58,375 bases of DNA, taken from contig JAUCBJ010003955.1 of assembly GCA_032718475.1 (NCBI GenBank), forward strand, positions 1 to 58,375. Reading direction: 5' to 3'. Of the stretch, positions 1-13,600 are shown in pieces; the first letter of the stretch is position 1, and the number at the start of each line of letters is the position of its first letter. Source of the stretch: Nemertoderma westbladi (taxonomy: Eukaryota > Animalia > Xenacoelomorpha). Under the pieces are notes generated by a model. It saw only the letters and a list, made by a program, of their open reading frames with translations, was not told the DNA's origin and ran no database searches. The translations under genes were made by a program, and so were the position numbers.

Positions 1-2168
1 CCGCGGAGACGTTGCTTTAAACACGGTTTTACTCGCTATACTTACGGGAGTTTCGAGCGAAACTTGTTCGATGTATCACCTACGCTCGTTCGACTCAGAC
101 GATCCTTAAATAAACCAATGATCAGAGTTTCGGAATACTCGATCAGAACTCCTCATTCCCCAGTGAGACTTCAGACACTTGATTTGATCCTATTAGTATG
201 ACGGATCCTCCCGAGCTGTACTCACTGCTCAAAGATCTAGTGTTACCTGAACAATTAGTCGGTGGCACCCCAGTTGTGGGCTTCCTAGATACTAGCCCAT
301 TCTACCTAGCCGGATTGGGACGCGGACATTTAATATCGCCGTTTAACCCTTACCATCGTCCCGTCCCGGCTTAACACGATATAACCTGTCACCAAAGTGG
401 CGGAGAAAGTTGTACCAAACGAGTTAAACGCTATTCTACAAAGATCAGAAAGGAAACCTGCGTTTGTTCAGATAAACGTAAGTTGTAACAGCAAGTCCAA
501 GCGATAAACGAATTGTCTTTATCTCAGTTCGATTGTAAAATCCAGAATCTCTAAGAAGATATCGAACTTAGGCAACCCCATTCTCTGCGAGAGTTTTTGG
601 ATGAACGTATCCAGCTACGAGCGGAGGAAAATCAGCTCGAGGAGAAGCATATCGAAACGGCGGATACCCCGACCATAGTCCTACACCTTCTGATGCAATC
701 ATATTGCACCCTTCACCCAGGATTGGTGGCCCTCCTAGTAAAGTGGCTCGCCCCAAAGAGAAAAGGACTCTTGCTAGCCTCAAAAACTGCGTAAACGCCG
801 TCTGCGTAAGAAAGACTAACTGTTTAGAGTATCTTTATATTTTAGAAACTGTGATTTGTTATATTTTATAGACTTAAATCCCATTTTCTGGGAGCGGTGT
901 AAAAGCTTTTGCGTCATTAACCGGTTATTTTCCCTTAAAGTACTCTGTAGTTGGTTTGCCAGGCATAAAAAGGCCGTGTCCTTGCTGTACTGGTGTTTTA
1001 GAGGACATAAAAGTCATTTCTTCTGTATTTGAACTGTATTTGTACTTTAGAGGACATAATCTGCAATTTCATGACGTAAAAAGCTCGATACTCTTGAAAA
1101 CAGTGTCGCTACCATGACGACGGCTAACGGCTGATATTGCCACGTTGCAGCTTTCTGTATCTGCCAATAGAATTTGAGTTAGCTTTGATTTTGACCTATC
1201 ACAGAGCTACTGAACTGAAATTTTCCTATCTCACTGCTCTTTCTCTGTGTTGAACGGGAGCTTCGTGGAATAAGGGTAGTTGGTATCCTCGTATAGAGCA
1301 GTAGTCACGAGTTTTTCAAAGCCACGAAAGAACGGCTTTGTAGTGTTTTGTGCTTTCTGCTTTTTAGCTCAACACTAGTAGGTTTAATTATAAGGACATA
1401 TATCCTTTAACTCTCATGGAATCACTGATCTGTGAATACTGCTGACACACGGCTTTTAATAACTGCTGAAACTGCTAAAATTACCTGCTCAATCGATACT
1501 GTATATTGTTATTTGTTGTCGGTTATTCATTATATTTGTTGATGAATTATTATATTGGAATAACGAGAAATAACCCCGACACCCAATATTCTTGATATAC
1601 CGAAGGTAAGAGAGAAAGGTTACCAATAACGATTGTGACTTATGTTAAAGTGGTTTGAAGTGAATCTAATGTTATTTGATAGACCCTACATGAGTCAGTC
1701 TGTGTTCCTTTTATATGTGACTAAAATCAGTGAAGATTGGCAGATTAGTGTGCAGTATTGTGCAGCATTGTGTATGAGTGAGTCTGTTAAAGAAGCATTT
1801 CCTAAAGAATGCGCCATATATGTGAATTATAATTAAGCCATATCGTTGTGAGTAGTTTAAGTCATAACTCTGTTTATATAGATAAAGCGCCACGTCCTAA
1901 AGGAACTGTTAATATTCCCGAAGGTGAATAATATTGTCAGAGATTATATAATACTGTCAGTCGAATAATACATTAGGCTTACATAGCAATAAAATTAAAC
2001 CGTCGAACCCAATCTCCCGGGAATATCCAGCGGGTGAATGATCGCGCACAGATTGGTTTCGACTAGTGTAGTGAATCAAATACTTGTCATAGGCTAAAAA
2101 GCGATTTAATATCTAGAAGACATCTTAATTTGGCGGGTTAAACTGCCAAAGGTCTGAAAGCGCGAACA
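1..2168 (+). mobile_element. 3' end of a second, diverged BEL/Pao element of the same family as 30611-48911 (accessory ORF remnant, PPT, 3' LTR); truncated by the window start
   Basis: 1-365 aligns by eye to the reverse complement of ~35215-34860 (PRRRCFKHGFTRYTYGSFERNLFDVSPTL vs PRRRCAKHSFTRYTYGSFERNLFDVSPTL). 543-658 matches ~34848-34733 and 659-897 matches ~32003-31763. It has the same PPT-LTR junction CCCATTTTCTGGGAGCGG|TGTAAAAGC. Confidence 0.9.
898..2168 (+). repeat. LTR (~1.27 kb) of the second BEL/Pao copy
   Basis: Starts TGTAAAAGC right after the purine tract and ends GCGCGAACA, the same termini as the main element's LTRs. Internal blocks such as AAAGCGCCACGTCCTAAAGGAACTGTTAATAT and GGGTGAATGATCGCGCACAGA are shared. 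Confidence 0.88.
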
Positions 2169-4294
2169 CATGGTGACAGGATTGTAAACAAATTGAAATG
2201 TGAAATATTTCGATTGACCTTTATTACCTACTAAATTTTCAGATTAGCAGCATTCGCCGTCTTAAATTACATGTTGCGCAAAGTTTGAACATAACATGTG
2301 GTTTCCAGGAAGGAATATAATTACATTTGTATGAACCTTAGCCATGCTTAGTCATCATCTGATCATATTCACCAAACCAAAGGACCATGTATATAAAAAT
2401 TTGGAACCATATTAAAATTTATCCATACCGGTAGTACAGTAGTGTCTCAAAGAGCAGTATGGACTCACCACTAATATTTACATCTTGGCGTTCTGTAGGC
2501 CTACTAGTAGAGGAACCAAGCTGAGGTGGAGGGAAGCCTTTTACGGAACCCTTTTCTTTCTTCTTTTTGGTTTTTCTTCTCACATCCATAGCTAAAGAAA
2601 TGCGTTCGGTTTCCTTTAATATCTCACTTTCTACATCTCCTCTGCGCCATTTACATTATTACCGGTTATATATTTAGTACCATTCAATAAATAATCCGTT
2701 TAAAAATGGCACAAAAAGAACCCAAAAAGGGCATTGAAAAGGATTCAAAATAGTGTAGGATTTCTGGAGCTGACCGCACGATTAAAAGGGATCCATTCCC
2801 TCAGGCCCGAAGCCGGGATATAAAAAGGGGGGTTCGTTTATGATGGGAAGGGGGGGGGGGGGATTGTGTGGAATTGTTGGGTTAGAAGAAGTGGGTGGGT
2901 TTTTACGTTATGGAAGGTGGGTGTGGGTGGTGTAAGATGGGGGACTCGGGAACCATTGTTATGTGCACCCAAACACATTCCACCACACCCCGCCCCCCAC
3001 ACACACCGCGCCCCCCATGTTATAAAATATAAATTACAAATATATAATGAAATACACTGAATGAGTAATACCACTGTAAATAAACCAAGTATGTTGCGGT
3101 ATTAGCCCTCAAATGATAGTTCCTATTAAATTCCCAGTAATTCTTGGATTCTCTAACTAGGTATTACTAACAATCTAAATAGGGTTTTCTTATAAAATAC
3201 TAAAGCAAAGGCTAAAATATACATGCAAAAGAAAAAATCAAAATATTATTCTACACGAAGGTAGATAAAATATATTAATGTACAGTAGATACAGTATAAT
3301 AATATACGATAATAAAACTGTCCCTCCATATGTTCTAGTATACCCCCCCCCCCCCCCTCCCCCTCCCTTCCACACACCCCCCCCCCCCCACCCCCCCCCC
3401 TCCCTTCCACACACCCGACCTTTTCTTTGATGTCTGATTATATTATAATGAAAGACAAAGATAATAAAGATAAGAAGATAGTTCGAAGTAGCTAAATCTA
3501 GGTTTATTTAGTTTTTATTAAAATGGGAGACATAGAAAAAGATAAGAAGAAATATTAATAAATTTGTTTTATTACAAATAATTTACATTATAGTAGGCCT
3601 ACTGTATCACTAGTCCCTTATTTATTTTCAAATTCTAGATAACGTCTATTACTGAATAATTTAGCTGATGGATGTATATAGAAAAATATACGAAACGGTC
3701 CGAACAAATTTGTTATTATGTTTTTTTAGTATTGCACAAACTATATTGATTTGCTTTAGACTTCGATATCCCCCGGGACCACGATTAGTAATTAAGGTTT
3801 TACTACAGTATAATAGTGTAGGTTTATAACAATATATAAGTGATTCTAATGAAAATATAACTGTATGAAATCTGGCAAGACATTAATTTTTTATATATTT
3901 TATATCTACCAACGCGACTTAGACATTTTTATATTAAATAATGAGCCCTGTTAAACTAACTCAACTGAAACTAATACATTCCCCAACTGTAGACATATTA
4001 CCAGCTTGCCAGCGAGAACTGGCAATAATGGACGGATCCATTATATCAATATTGTCGTAATAAATTACGCGCCTCTGCATGCAGGGCAGCCTGAATAACG
4101 AAAAATGCAAAACGAAACATTGGCAAAGTACCGTCTGTACAATACATTTATTATTATTGTAATAAATTACACGCCTATTCAGGTAAGCCTAATAACGAAA
4201 AACGAAACATTGGGCAAAGTACACAATATAGTAAAAAAATATATTGTAAATTAAAAACACACTATTTGCAGGAAATGTATCTTCTTCTACAATT

Positions 4295-4760
4295 CTAAAC
4301 GAAATAAAGCGAAGTTTTGCAGAAACCATGTCCAATAGATGCTCCCTATGGGGTGTCGGCCAGAAACCATGTCCAATAGATGCTCCCTATGGGGTGTCGG
4401 CCAGAAACCATGTCCAATAGATGCTCCCTATGGGGTGTCGGCCAGAAACCATGTCCAATAGATGCTCCCTATGGGGTGTCGGCAGAATTTTGATTGAGTG
4501 AATTCTATGTACCACTGAACGATTATGATCGGTCATTCTAGAACTAATTTCACTGTTGCTAGGCAACCAATAGGACCCTCGCAACCAAAACCTTGCATAC
4601 CCAACTAAGACCTATAATGAACCTATCATCAAAGTTTCATGCAACTCCATCACCATTAAGTGCAAGAAAGTTGTCCGTACAAACAAACAAACAATCAAAC
4701 ACACAAACAAACAAGCACGCGTGAGAAATAAGGACATCCGTGATCCGTCCGGATTGAAAT
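4295..4760. mobile_element. Possible non-autonomous Helentron/HINE-like element containing the 41-bp repeat
   Basis: Internal tandem repeat, then CAAAGTTTCATG, an (AAAC)n-like microsatellite at ~4678-4715 and a short terminal hairpin (ATCCG...CGGAT). This layout is typical of DINE-1/HINE elements; boundaries are approximate. Confidence 0.4.
4320..4482. repeat. 41-bp tandem repeat, 4 copies
   Basis: Unit CAGAAACCATGTCCAATAGATGCTCCCTATGGGGTGTCGGC repeated head to tail. Confidence 0.95.
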
Positions 4761-5454
4761 ATGACAATTTTGAAAATTGATTGTTTGAACCTGTTTTTTG
4801 GGGTTCTGATTTCGATGGAATATATACGAGTTGCACCAGTTCAAAATTTGGTGCCAGCCTGAAATTTTAAAAATCATTCAAAAAATCAATCGAAAAATAC
4901 GCATAGCAATGATCTGGAAAATTAGAAATGTATTCCATTAGAATTAGTGCCCCAGAAAACGTAAAAATGTAAATTTAAAGTATCATATAAGTAAATTAAA
5001 ATTTTTATGTTCAATCTGAAAAGTCCTGGTTACTTGTTTTTTTTTAATTTTTGCCTACGTAATGGACTAAAACTGCTATTTATAGTAATCAGATAATTTT
5101 TAAATATTTTCCAGTGGATTCAACACGCCTGTATTAAAAACCTGAATTGAAAAAAGATTAGCTGAAAATTGTTCACTACTTGAAAATTTGGTGCTGCAAA
5201 ATAACCACCCCAGGAAATTAAACTATTAAAGTAAACTAATTTAGTAAACTAATTTTTAAGTTATTAAATAAGTAAACTAATTTGTTTTTCGTTCTGATTC
5301 AGACTAGTGCAATTTACTTACAAACAAAAAAATCACATGTTTTCCGTTAAAATATTCGAGGGAGGGGGGGGGGGGGGTAGAAACACACTAGTAGTAGGAA
5401 AACATCTTGAATTGGCGCCTGGGATTGGTTAATGAACTGTTTCTGTGTCAAATT

Positions 5455-5645
5455 TCATTGACGCAAATAACAGCTGTTTACTCCCAAAATAAAACTGCAA
5501 CCTGATCTATTGACTTTAGTTTATTGTTTCGGTTAGAATAACGTGCCACTGTAAACTGCTCCTTTCTCTAAATTGATAATTCAACATTGAGACGGGATAT
5601 TAATTCGCTGAGATGGGATTTAAGTCCAGATTCCACGCCCCCGCC
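5455..5645 (+). repeat. Dispersed repeat family, copy 1 (others at ~52165-52380 and ~54835-55010)
   Basis: Shared blocks ACAGCTG..TACTC..AAAAT..AA.TG, TTA.TGTTT.G.TTA.AA.AACGTGCCACT and ATATTAATTCG...AGAT in all three copies. Confidence 0.75.
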
Positions 5646-5834
5646 CTATATTTACGCTCATTTACAAACCCCATACATTGTACAGTCTCGGTACAGGCAA
5701 TGTAATTCAACCTAAATTAAGAACCAATCAGAGATCAGCAGTTGTAATAATTACCGAACATTATCTCACAGATAAAACAACCTCATTTATTTATAAATTT
5801 CTGGCTGCTCTATAAGTATTTATATCTCCAATAT

Positions 5835-5978
5835 ACATAGTACCATTCAGTCAGATAAATCATGCCTGAATAGAGAATCCCATTGAAACAAAATAGATCA
5901 CTGCGCTTTTTCTTACGAAAGTATATTTATTTTGTTACTTTCTGTTTCTATAATTAAATTACGTTAAATTTAATTAAG
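5835..5978 (+). repeat. ~140-bp dispersed direct repeat, second copy at ~10019-10165
   Basis: Near-identical ACATAGTACCATTCA..GTCAGATAAATCATGCCTGAATAGAGAATCCCATTGAAAC...TTAAATTACGTTAAATTTAATTAAG at both sites. Confidence 0.9.
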
Positions 5979-6723
5979 GTTAAGTCAGTATGGCAGACGT
6001 ACCTAAATATAGAATTGATGTCTTTTGGATGGTGTAATTTTAGGAAAAAAATTTACTTAAATAATAATAATGACTTTTTACCAACGGGGTCTAAAAAACT
6101 TTGCAATTGGTTTTCGTGGGGGGGGGGGGGGGGGGGGAGATTAGGGGTCCGTAGTTGTGACTGACTGCCGGGGGCCCGGTATTCAATAATCCGTCCTAGT
6201 ACATAGTTTGGGAATACACCACTTACTACAAATCCCAGGCGATGTCAGCACTTATTAAATGGAAAAGATATATTTATTTAACTTGAGAAGTACTTTGGGG
6301 GGTTATGTGGACAATGCTCAATGGGCGACGGCGTGCCGTGCAGACTGAAACACGAATTGGAGTGTACAGTAGGCCTACAGTAGATTAGCAGGAAATATAA
6401 TTATATAATATAATAAAAATGTTTTTTTTTCTAATAAATTATTATTGTCATTGTTAAGAATCGTATGATATGATCAAAATCAGGAATTGCGCCAGAACAT
6501 TTACACTAAAGCCAAAATCGGCGCACCAGTGGAAATGAAGAATAGACGCATTGATATCATATATGAATTGTGCAGATATTTATATAGAACCTAGGAAGGA
6601 AGCTATACAATAAATTATATTATTTAATTACAAGTTCAATCAGCTCAACCCTAATTAATTTATTTTTAATGCTACAGTATTACCTAGAAGTGTGTACTAA
6701 ATAAGTAGCCTATGCTAGTGCCC

Positions 6724-6795
6724 GGGGAATGTGGCTGAACTGGTTAGCGCTATTGATGAGGCTACTCAAGGTGCCTCAGGTTCAACCCTCGTCGA
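6724..6795 (+). mobile_element. tRNA-derived SINE head or degenerate tRNA-like sequence
   Basis: Pol III A-box-like TGGCTGAACTGG and B-box-like GGTTCAACCC at tRNA spacing; no convincing acceptor or anticodon stems. Confidence 0.45.
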
Positions 6796-8799
6796 CGTAA
6801 TTAATACCCAGAGGAAATTACTTTGTAAGAATTTAATTGCTAAATTTTAAGTGAAAATAATGTAGTTGTTGATTGTTAACACCGTTTTCAAGGAAAGAGT
6901 TAAAAAATAATTTTTTTATTCTAAAATAAAGAAAGTTATTAAGAAATTAACTTATACTCTGTAGACATAGACAACAGGCGTGCATCAGCTGGTGTATCAA
7001 ACTATTCTTTGAAGTTTTCTTACACTTTTGTCACAAATCAAAATCCGTCTGAGTTTTTGTTAGAAGGCGAACAGATTTAATACAAAGCAAAGGATTGAGA
7101 ATGTTTGCACAAAGAGATGAATAAAATCCTATATTTGTTTCATAATGTTTGCTTAAAGTCTCGGCATTAAGTATCCTTCCTCTTCTTAGTTATTAATCAA
7201 TTACAACTTTGCAGATAGGTGCTGGTTGACTCTTTATCTGATTCACCACAACACCGCGCTGCATATCCACATCCAGTCTGCAATAAACATATTTTCGAGG
7301 GGCCTTCGCGTATCACATAAGTTAAGATGAGCCTTTGCGTCGAAGTACCATTAATTGACCTAGTCGTTCGCCCTCTAGAGGTCGACAAATGTACTATCGA
7401 AGCCTGTCTGTGTGTAAAATTTCTAACCTTTTTATAGACTAGGCCTACATGTGTAGCACGTTTGGTTCCATTTCATTAAAGATTGACCGACTTATTAGCG
7501 TTACAACATTTTCGACCACGACGACAATGTCGACGGACGGGTCCACTAATTATACCACTAACTGTACGCTAAGACTCACACAAATAGTGGCATCATTATA
7601 ATATCCACCAAAAATAAATTTATATATTCATAATAATATATTCATTGATAAACAAAATATTCTAGAACATTGTGTTTTTATTAAATAGAATAAATGGCCT
7701 GCAGCGGAAGCAATTACATAAATACAAAAGATACATATTACGACCGAAATGGTAACTCCTCTCACATATTATTTGTAATATTTGTGTATAATATTAGTAT
7801 TACTATAGGCCTAATCATTTAACTGTATGTATATAAGCTGTAGGGCGAAGAAATATAAATATATATAATGTTATCTATATTTTCATTACAAACAACAAGT
7901 TTATGATATAAAACATTTTCTAGACACACAATAAGGTTCGACAACGTTTGTGTTTCCGCAAGGAAACCAAACACGTGTATTTTGGGACGATTGATTATCT
8001 CACGGAAAAACTTCCTAAGAAAAACGTCTCAAAAAAAGACACTAAAAATTAGCTTCGTGTTTCGCGAAGCGAAACCGGTAGTTCTTTAGTGGTTGCTATA
8101 GCAATAAATAAATATCAGATTTTTCTATCCAAAGAATCCGGTTGTTAATAATCAGAATAAATTCAATAAAAACATAAATTTAATCACATTTGACTTTCCG
8201 AAGAACTGAAAGTAGTTTGCCAATCAATCATCAGTATCCGAAAAGACCATCTTCGTCACATTCCTCCATAATCGTATAATAAGATAAATTAATGCAACCA
8301 TGTGCGCGCTAAAACACGTCAACAACCCGCAACATCGCGGGGTGTGTATAAAATATTATGACAATATAGTGAATATAATATAAATAATTAAGGCATAATA
8401 ATAATCATATAATCAACCGCAATTATACGATTATTTACATTAACTCCTCCCTAAAGGCCGCTTGTCGATTTTTATGTAACATTTCTCCTGGTCAAGATGA
8501 AATCAAAGCAATTCTACTCGGTTTTTTAATCTTCTCTACAAGTGTGTTATTAATTGTAACATTAATTTTACTGCAAAGTAAGCTTACTTATAAATGAATG
8601 AAAAATATTATTTTATGCTCAATAACCAAAGGAATGCTTGTTCACCACTGTGGGTGATCTTCCATAGCAAACAAACCCTTCCACTCTGACTCCCAAGTTA
8701 CCTTGGTTCCCATTTATCGACCAGTCAAGGATGAAAGCCTGGGTTGGGCTAGGCTGTAGTATTTAAAGTACTGTACCCAAACATTGCGCCCCACTGCAC

Positions 8800-9282
8800 T
8801 CACTTATAACTGCACTTGGCATCTAATCTACCGAGAGTTTCATGGAATAAGTCCTTTAATTTACGGAAAATGTTATATTTTCCTCTACATTTTGACTCCA
8901 GTGACGGCATATTATGATAAATAGTTTCCAATTTAGGCCAAAGTTGCTGAAGTTTGTACGGTTCATTGAATCCATGTTGAGCAATTGTGCACGCAAGGTG
9001 ACATGGGTGGTCGGAAATATGGTTTCCAGGTAACAGATACAATTGCGCTATGTTTACGGGGCGTAGACCAAACTTTTCACCGACCAGGCCAACATACACA
9101 TCGTCTAGATGCAACAGTTTTGTAATTCTAGAATAATTAGATAATAGATGTACAACGTCTACGGACAGGATATAAAATCCACCGGAACAGTAGGGTGGGT
9201 AAACATTGCGGGGGAATTTATATGAACTGATTTTGTATTTGTGGTTTATTCCTGTTGAATTCCGCATAGGTGCAGTTCCAAT
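8800..9282 (-). CDS. GT31 beta-1,3-galactosyltransferase-like gene, exon 3 (last coding exon)
   Basis: Acceptor TTTTATTTAG|ATT at 9283/9282, phase 0. Encodes IGTAPMRN...YPPYCSGGFYILS...LDDVYVG...HG, which are GT31 (Galactosyl_T) motifs. Stop TGA at 8800-8802. Confidence 0.92.
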   Translation of the reverse strand: MGTAPMRNSTGINHKYKISSYKFPRNVYPPYCSGGFYILSVDVVHLLSNYSRITKLLHLDDVYVGLVGEKFGLRPVNIAQLYLLPGNHISDHPCHLACTIAQHGFNEPYKLQQLWPKLETIYHNMPSLESKCRGKYNIFRKLKDLFHETLGRLDAKCSYK

Positions 9283-9711
9283 CTAAATAAAACAAAAACA
9301 GACGCGTTACTATAAATAACTAACTAACTAACATATTCAGATGATATACAAGATTTATGACATTGTAATAAGTCTAGTTTTTATGTACATATCTTCATAC
9401 TACGGCCCCTCCAACACAGTATATAATATTTCTGCTATTAAATCAATCTTGCGAATATATTTGCAACGAAATTACCATTATTAAAAATGCGCTATATAGT
9501 AAAAAAAGTAATTTATCATGGTGATAATATCCTGATAAAATTAGAATTATACAATAAATTATTGTGTATCGATTGATACAAAGTCAAGGATTTTCAATTT
9601 CCTTTCCAGTGAAAATATAAATAAAAGTTAAGGTAAAGAACTGCAGGATCGAACATACAGATGTCGGGCTTAAAAATCCATATATATCAATAATGTTATC
9701 GACCCACTTAC

Positions 9712-9924
9712 AACTGGATGTCCGCCATAGTAACCATTAGGTGTCCCCCAGTAGCGAAGGTAACTGCCGAGAAAATATGTATTAACTAATACATCCTGGT
9801 CCCCGGAAGCAACATACACTGTGTTGGGACAATGTGACACCACCCATCGCCAAGACAAAATTAGTTTCAAAGTCAGATGGCGGAAAGTTTCCGTAAAGTT
9901 ACCTTGAATAAGGTCACCGTATTT
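9712..9924 (-). CDS. GT31 beta-1,3-galactosyltransferase-like gene, exon 2
   Basis: Acceptor TCTTTCAG|AAA and donor GTT|GTAAGT, 213 nt, phase 0/0. Encodes KYGDLIQGNFTETFRHLTLK...HCPN...GDQDVLVN (DxD region). Confidence 0.92.
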
Positions 9925-10642
9925 CTGAAAGACAAGTTTAATTTTGTTAATTCAAATTTTGTTCTATATTACAGATTATATATTTGAAATAAAATAGATT
10001 ACATATATTATATACTGTACATAGTACCATTCATAGTCAGATAAATCATGCCTGAATAGAGAATCCCATTGAAACAAAATAGATCACTGCGCATTTTCTT
10101 ACGAAAGTATATTTCATTTTGTTACTTTCTTTTTCTATAATTAAATTACGTTAAATTTAATTAAGTTCCACCGAGATATACAATGTCCCATAGAATATTT
10201 AATAATGTTTAAAGTGTTTAAAAATTGTTTAAATTGTAAAGCAATGTTTAAGGAAACGTTACAGGAAAACGTTAGCAAAAAAGTCGATTTAAAATAATAG
10301 TAAATTATTACTGTCTTACAAATAACATAGTTGTGGCTGGCCATGAGAAAAGGGACCTTATGTCACCCGGGGCCGATTTTGAGTTAATAGGCCTATGAGA
10401 TGCAGAATTTTCCAGAGATTAAAAAAAAACAGTGTCTCAATATCTACTTCCAAAAAAAATTTATAGCGATTTATGTGAAGGTGAATCGGGTAGCTGTTTC
10501 TGTCTGCCAAACGCAGGGGTGAGTCGGGGTATGCCAAGCCACTATTATAGTAAATGTTTACATAGTATTTTGAAGCAATTGTGTTTAATGTATGATGTTC
10601 CATATTGTATTATTGCCCATATTGATAATCCATATTGTATTA

Positions 10643-13600
10643 TCTGAGTGCTGGGAATATGGTGAACGGCCTCAACAACCCTCGCACTTTGTCTGAGTGC
10701 CGGGAATATGGTGAACGGCCTCCCCAACCCTCACACTTTGTCTGAGTACTGGGAATATGGTGAACGGATCCCACAACCCTCGCACTTTGTCTGAGTACTG
10801 GGAATATGGTGAACGGCCTCCCTCAACCCTCGCACTTTGTCAGTGTGCTGGGAATATGGTGAACGGATCCCACAACCCTCGCACGTTGTCTGAGTGCAGG
10901 GGATATGGTGAACGGCCTCATCAACCCTCGCACTTTGTCTGAGTGCCGGGAATATGGTGAACGGCCTCAACAACCCTCGCACTTTGTCTGAGTGCAGGGA
11001 ATATGGTGAACGGATCCCACAACCCTCGCACTTTGTCTGAGTACTGGGAATATGGTGAACGGCCTCCACAACCCTCGCACTTTGTCTGAGTACTGGGAAT
11101 ATGGTGAACGGATCCCACAACCCTCGCACTTTGTCTGAGTACTGGGAATATGGTGAACGGCCTACCACAACCCTCGCACTTTGTCAGTGTGCTGGGAATA
11201 TGGTGAACGGCCTTCACAACCCTCGCACGTTGTCTGAGTGCAGGGGATATGGTGAACGGCCTCATCAACCCTCGCACTTTGTCTGAGTGCCGGGAATATG
11301 GTGAACGGCCTCAACAACCCTCGCACTTTGTCTGAGTGCCGGGAATATGGTGAACGGCCTCAACAACCCTCGCACTTTGTCTGAGTGCCGGGAATATGGT
11401 GAACGGCCTACCACAACCCTCGCACTTTGTCAGTGTGCTGGGAATATGGTGAACGGCCTTCACAACCCTCGCACGTTGTCTGAGTGCAGGGGATATGGTG
11501 AACGGCCTCAACAACCCTCGCACTTTGTCTGAGTGCCGGGAATATGGTGAACGGCCTCAACAACCCTCGCACTTTGTCTGAGTACTGGGAATATGGTGAA
11601 CGGATCCCACAACCCTCGCACTTTGTCTGAGTACTGGGAATATGGTGAACGGCCTCCACAACCCTCAAACTTTGTCTGAGTACTGGGAATATGGTGAACG
11701 GCCTTCACAACCCTCGCACGTTGTCTGAGTGCAGGGGATATGGTGAACGGCCTCAACAACCCTCGCACTTTGTCTGAGTACTGGGAATATGGTGAACGGC
11801 CTCAACAACCCTCGCACTTTGTCTGAGTGCTGGGAATATGGTGAACGGCCTCCCTCAACACTCGAACTTTGTCTGAGTACTGGGAATATGGTGAACGGCC
11901 TCCACAACCCTCGCACTTTGTCTGAGTACTGGGAATATGGTGAACGGCCTACCACAACCCTCGCACTTTGTCTGAGTGCCGGGAATATGGTGAACGGCCT
12001 CAACAACCCTCGCACTTTGTCTGAGTGCCGGGAATATGGTGAACGGCCTCCACAACCCTCGCACTTTTTCTGAGTGCTGGGAATATGGTGAACGGCCTCA
12101 ACAATCCTGCACTTTGTCTGATTTCTGGGAATATGGTGAACGGCCTCAACAACCCTCGCACTTTGCCTGAGTGCTGGAAACTTGGTGAACGGCCTCCCTC
12201 AACCCTGGCACTTTGCCTGAGTGCTGGGAATATGGTGAACGGCCTCCCACAACCCTCACACATTGTCAGTGTGCTGGGAATATGGTGAACGGCCTTCACA
12301 ACCCTCGCACTTTGTCTGAGTGCAGGGAATATGGTGAACGGATCCCACAACCCTCGCACTTTGTCTGAGTACTGGGAATATGGTGAACGGCCTCCCTCAA
12401 CACTCGAACTTTGTCTGAGTACTGGGAATATGGTGAACGGCCTCCACAACCCTCGCACTTTGTCTGAGTACTGGGAATATGGTGAACGGCCTACCACAAC
12501 CCTCACACTTTGTCTGAGTGCCGGGAATATGGTGAACGGCCTCAACAACCCTCGCACTTTGTCTGAGTGCCGGGAATATGGTGAACGGCCTCCACAACCC
12601 TCGCACTTTTTCTGAGTGCTGGGAATATGGTGAACGGCCTCAACAATCCTGCACTTTGTCTGATTTCTGGGAATATGGTGAACGGCCTCCACAACCCTCG
12701 CACTTTGTCTGAGTACTGGGAATATGGTGAACGGCCTACCACAACCCTCGCACTTTGTCTGAGTGCCGGGAATATGGTGAACGGCCTCAACAACCCTCGC
12801 ACTTTGTCTGAGTGCCGGGAATATGGTGAACGGCCTCCACAACCCTCGCACTTTTTCTGAGTGCTGGGAATATGGTGAACGGCCTCAACAATCCTGCACT
12901 TTGTCTGATTTCTGGGAATATGGTGAACGGCCTCAACAACCCTCGCACTTTGCCTGAGTGCTGGGAACTTGGTGAACGGCCTCCCTCAACCCTGGCACTT
13001 TGCCTGAGTGCTGGGAATATGGTGAACGGCCTCAACAACCCTCGCACTTTTTCTGAGTGCCGGGAATATGGTGAACGGCCTTCACAACCCTCAAACTTTG
13101 TCTGAGTACTGGGAATATGGTGAACGGCCTTCACAACCCTCGCACGTTGTCTGAGTGCAGGGGATATGGTGAACGGCCTCAACAACCCTCGCACTTTGTC
13201 TGAGTGCCGGGAATATGGTGAACGGCCCCAACAACCCTCGCACTTTGTCTGAGTGCCGGGAATATGGTGAACGGCCTCAACAACCCTCGCACTTTGTCTG
13301 AGTGCCGGGAATATGGTGAACGGCCTCAACAACCCTCGCACTTTGTCTGAGTGCTGGGAATATGGTGAACGGCCTCAACAACCCTCGCAGTTTGTCTGAG
13401 TGCCGGGAATATGGTGAACGGCCTCAACAACCCTCGCACTTTGTCTGATTTCTGGGAATATGGTGAACGGCCTCCACAACCCTCGCACTTTGTCTGATTT
13501 CTGGGAATATGGTGAACGGCCTCCACAACCCTCGCACTTTGTCTGAGTGCCGGGAATATGGTGAACGGCCTCCCACAACCCTCACACTTTGTCAGAGTGC

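Noticed and set aside
2169-2185. TGGTGACAGGA after the LTR as a PBS
   Set aside because: This LTR is preceded by the PPT and 3' internal sequence, so it is a 3' LTR, and no gag follows. It is probably flanking DNA.
6724-6795. Functional tRNA gene
   Set aside because: A and B boxes are present but the cloverleaf stems do not pair.
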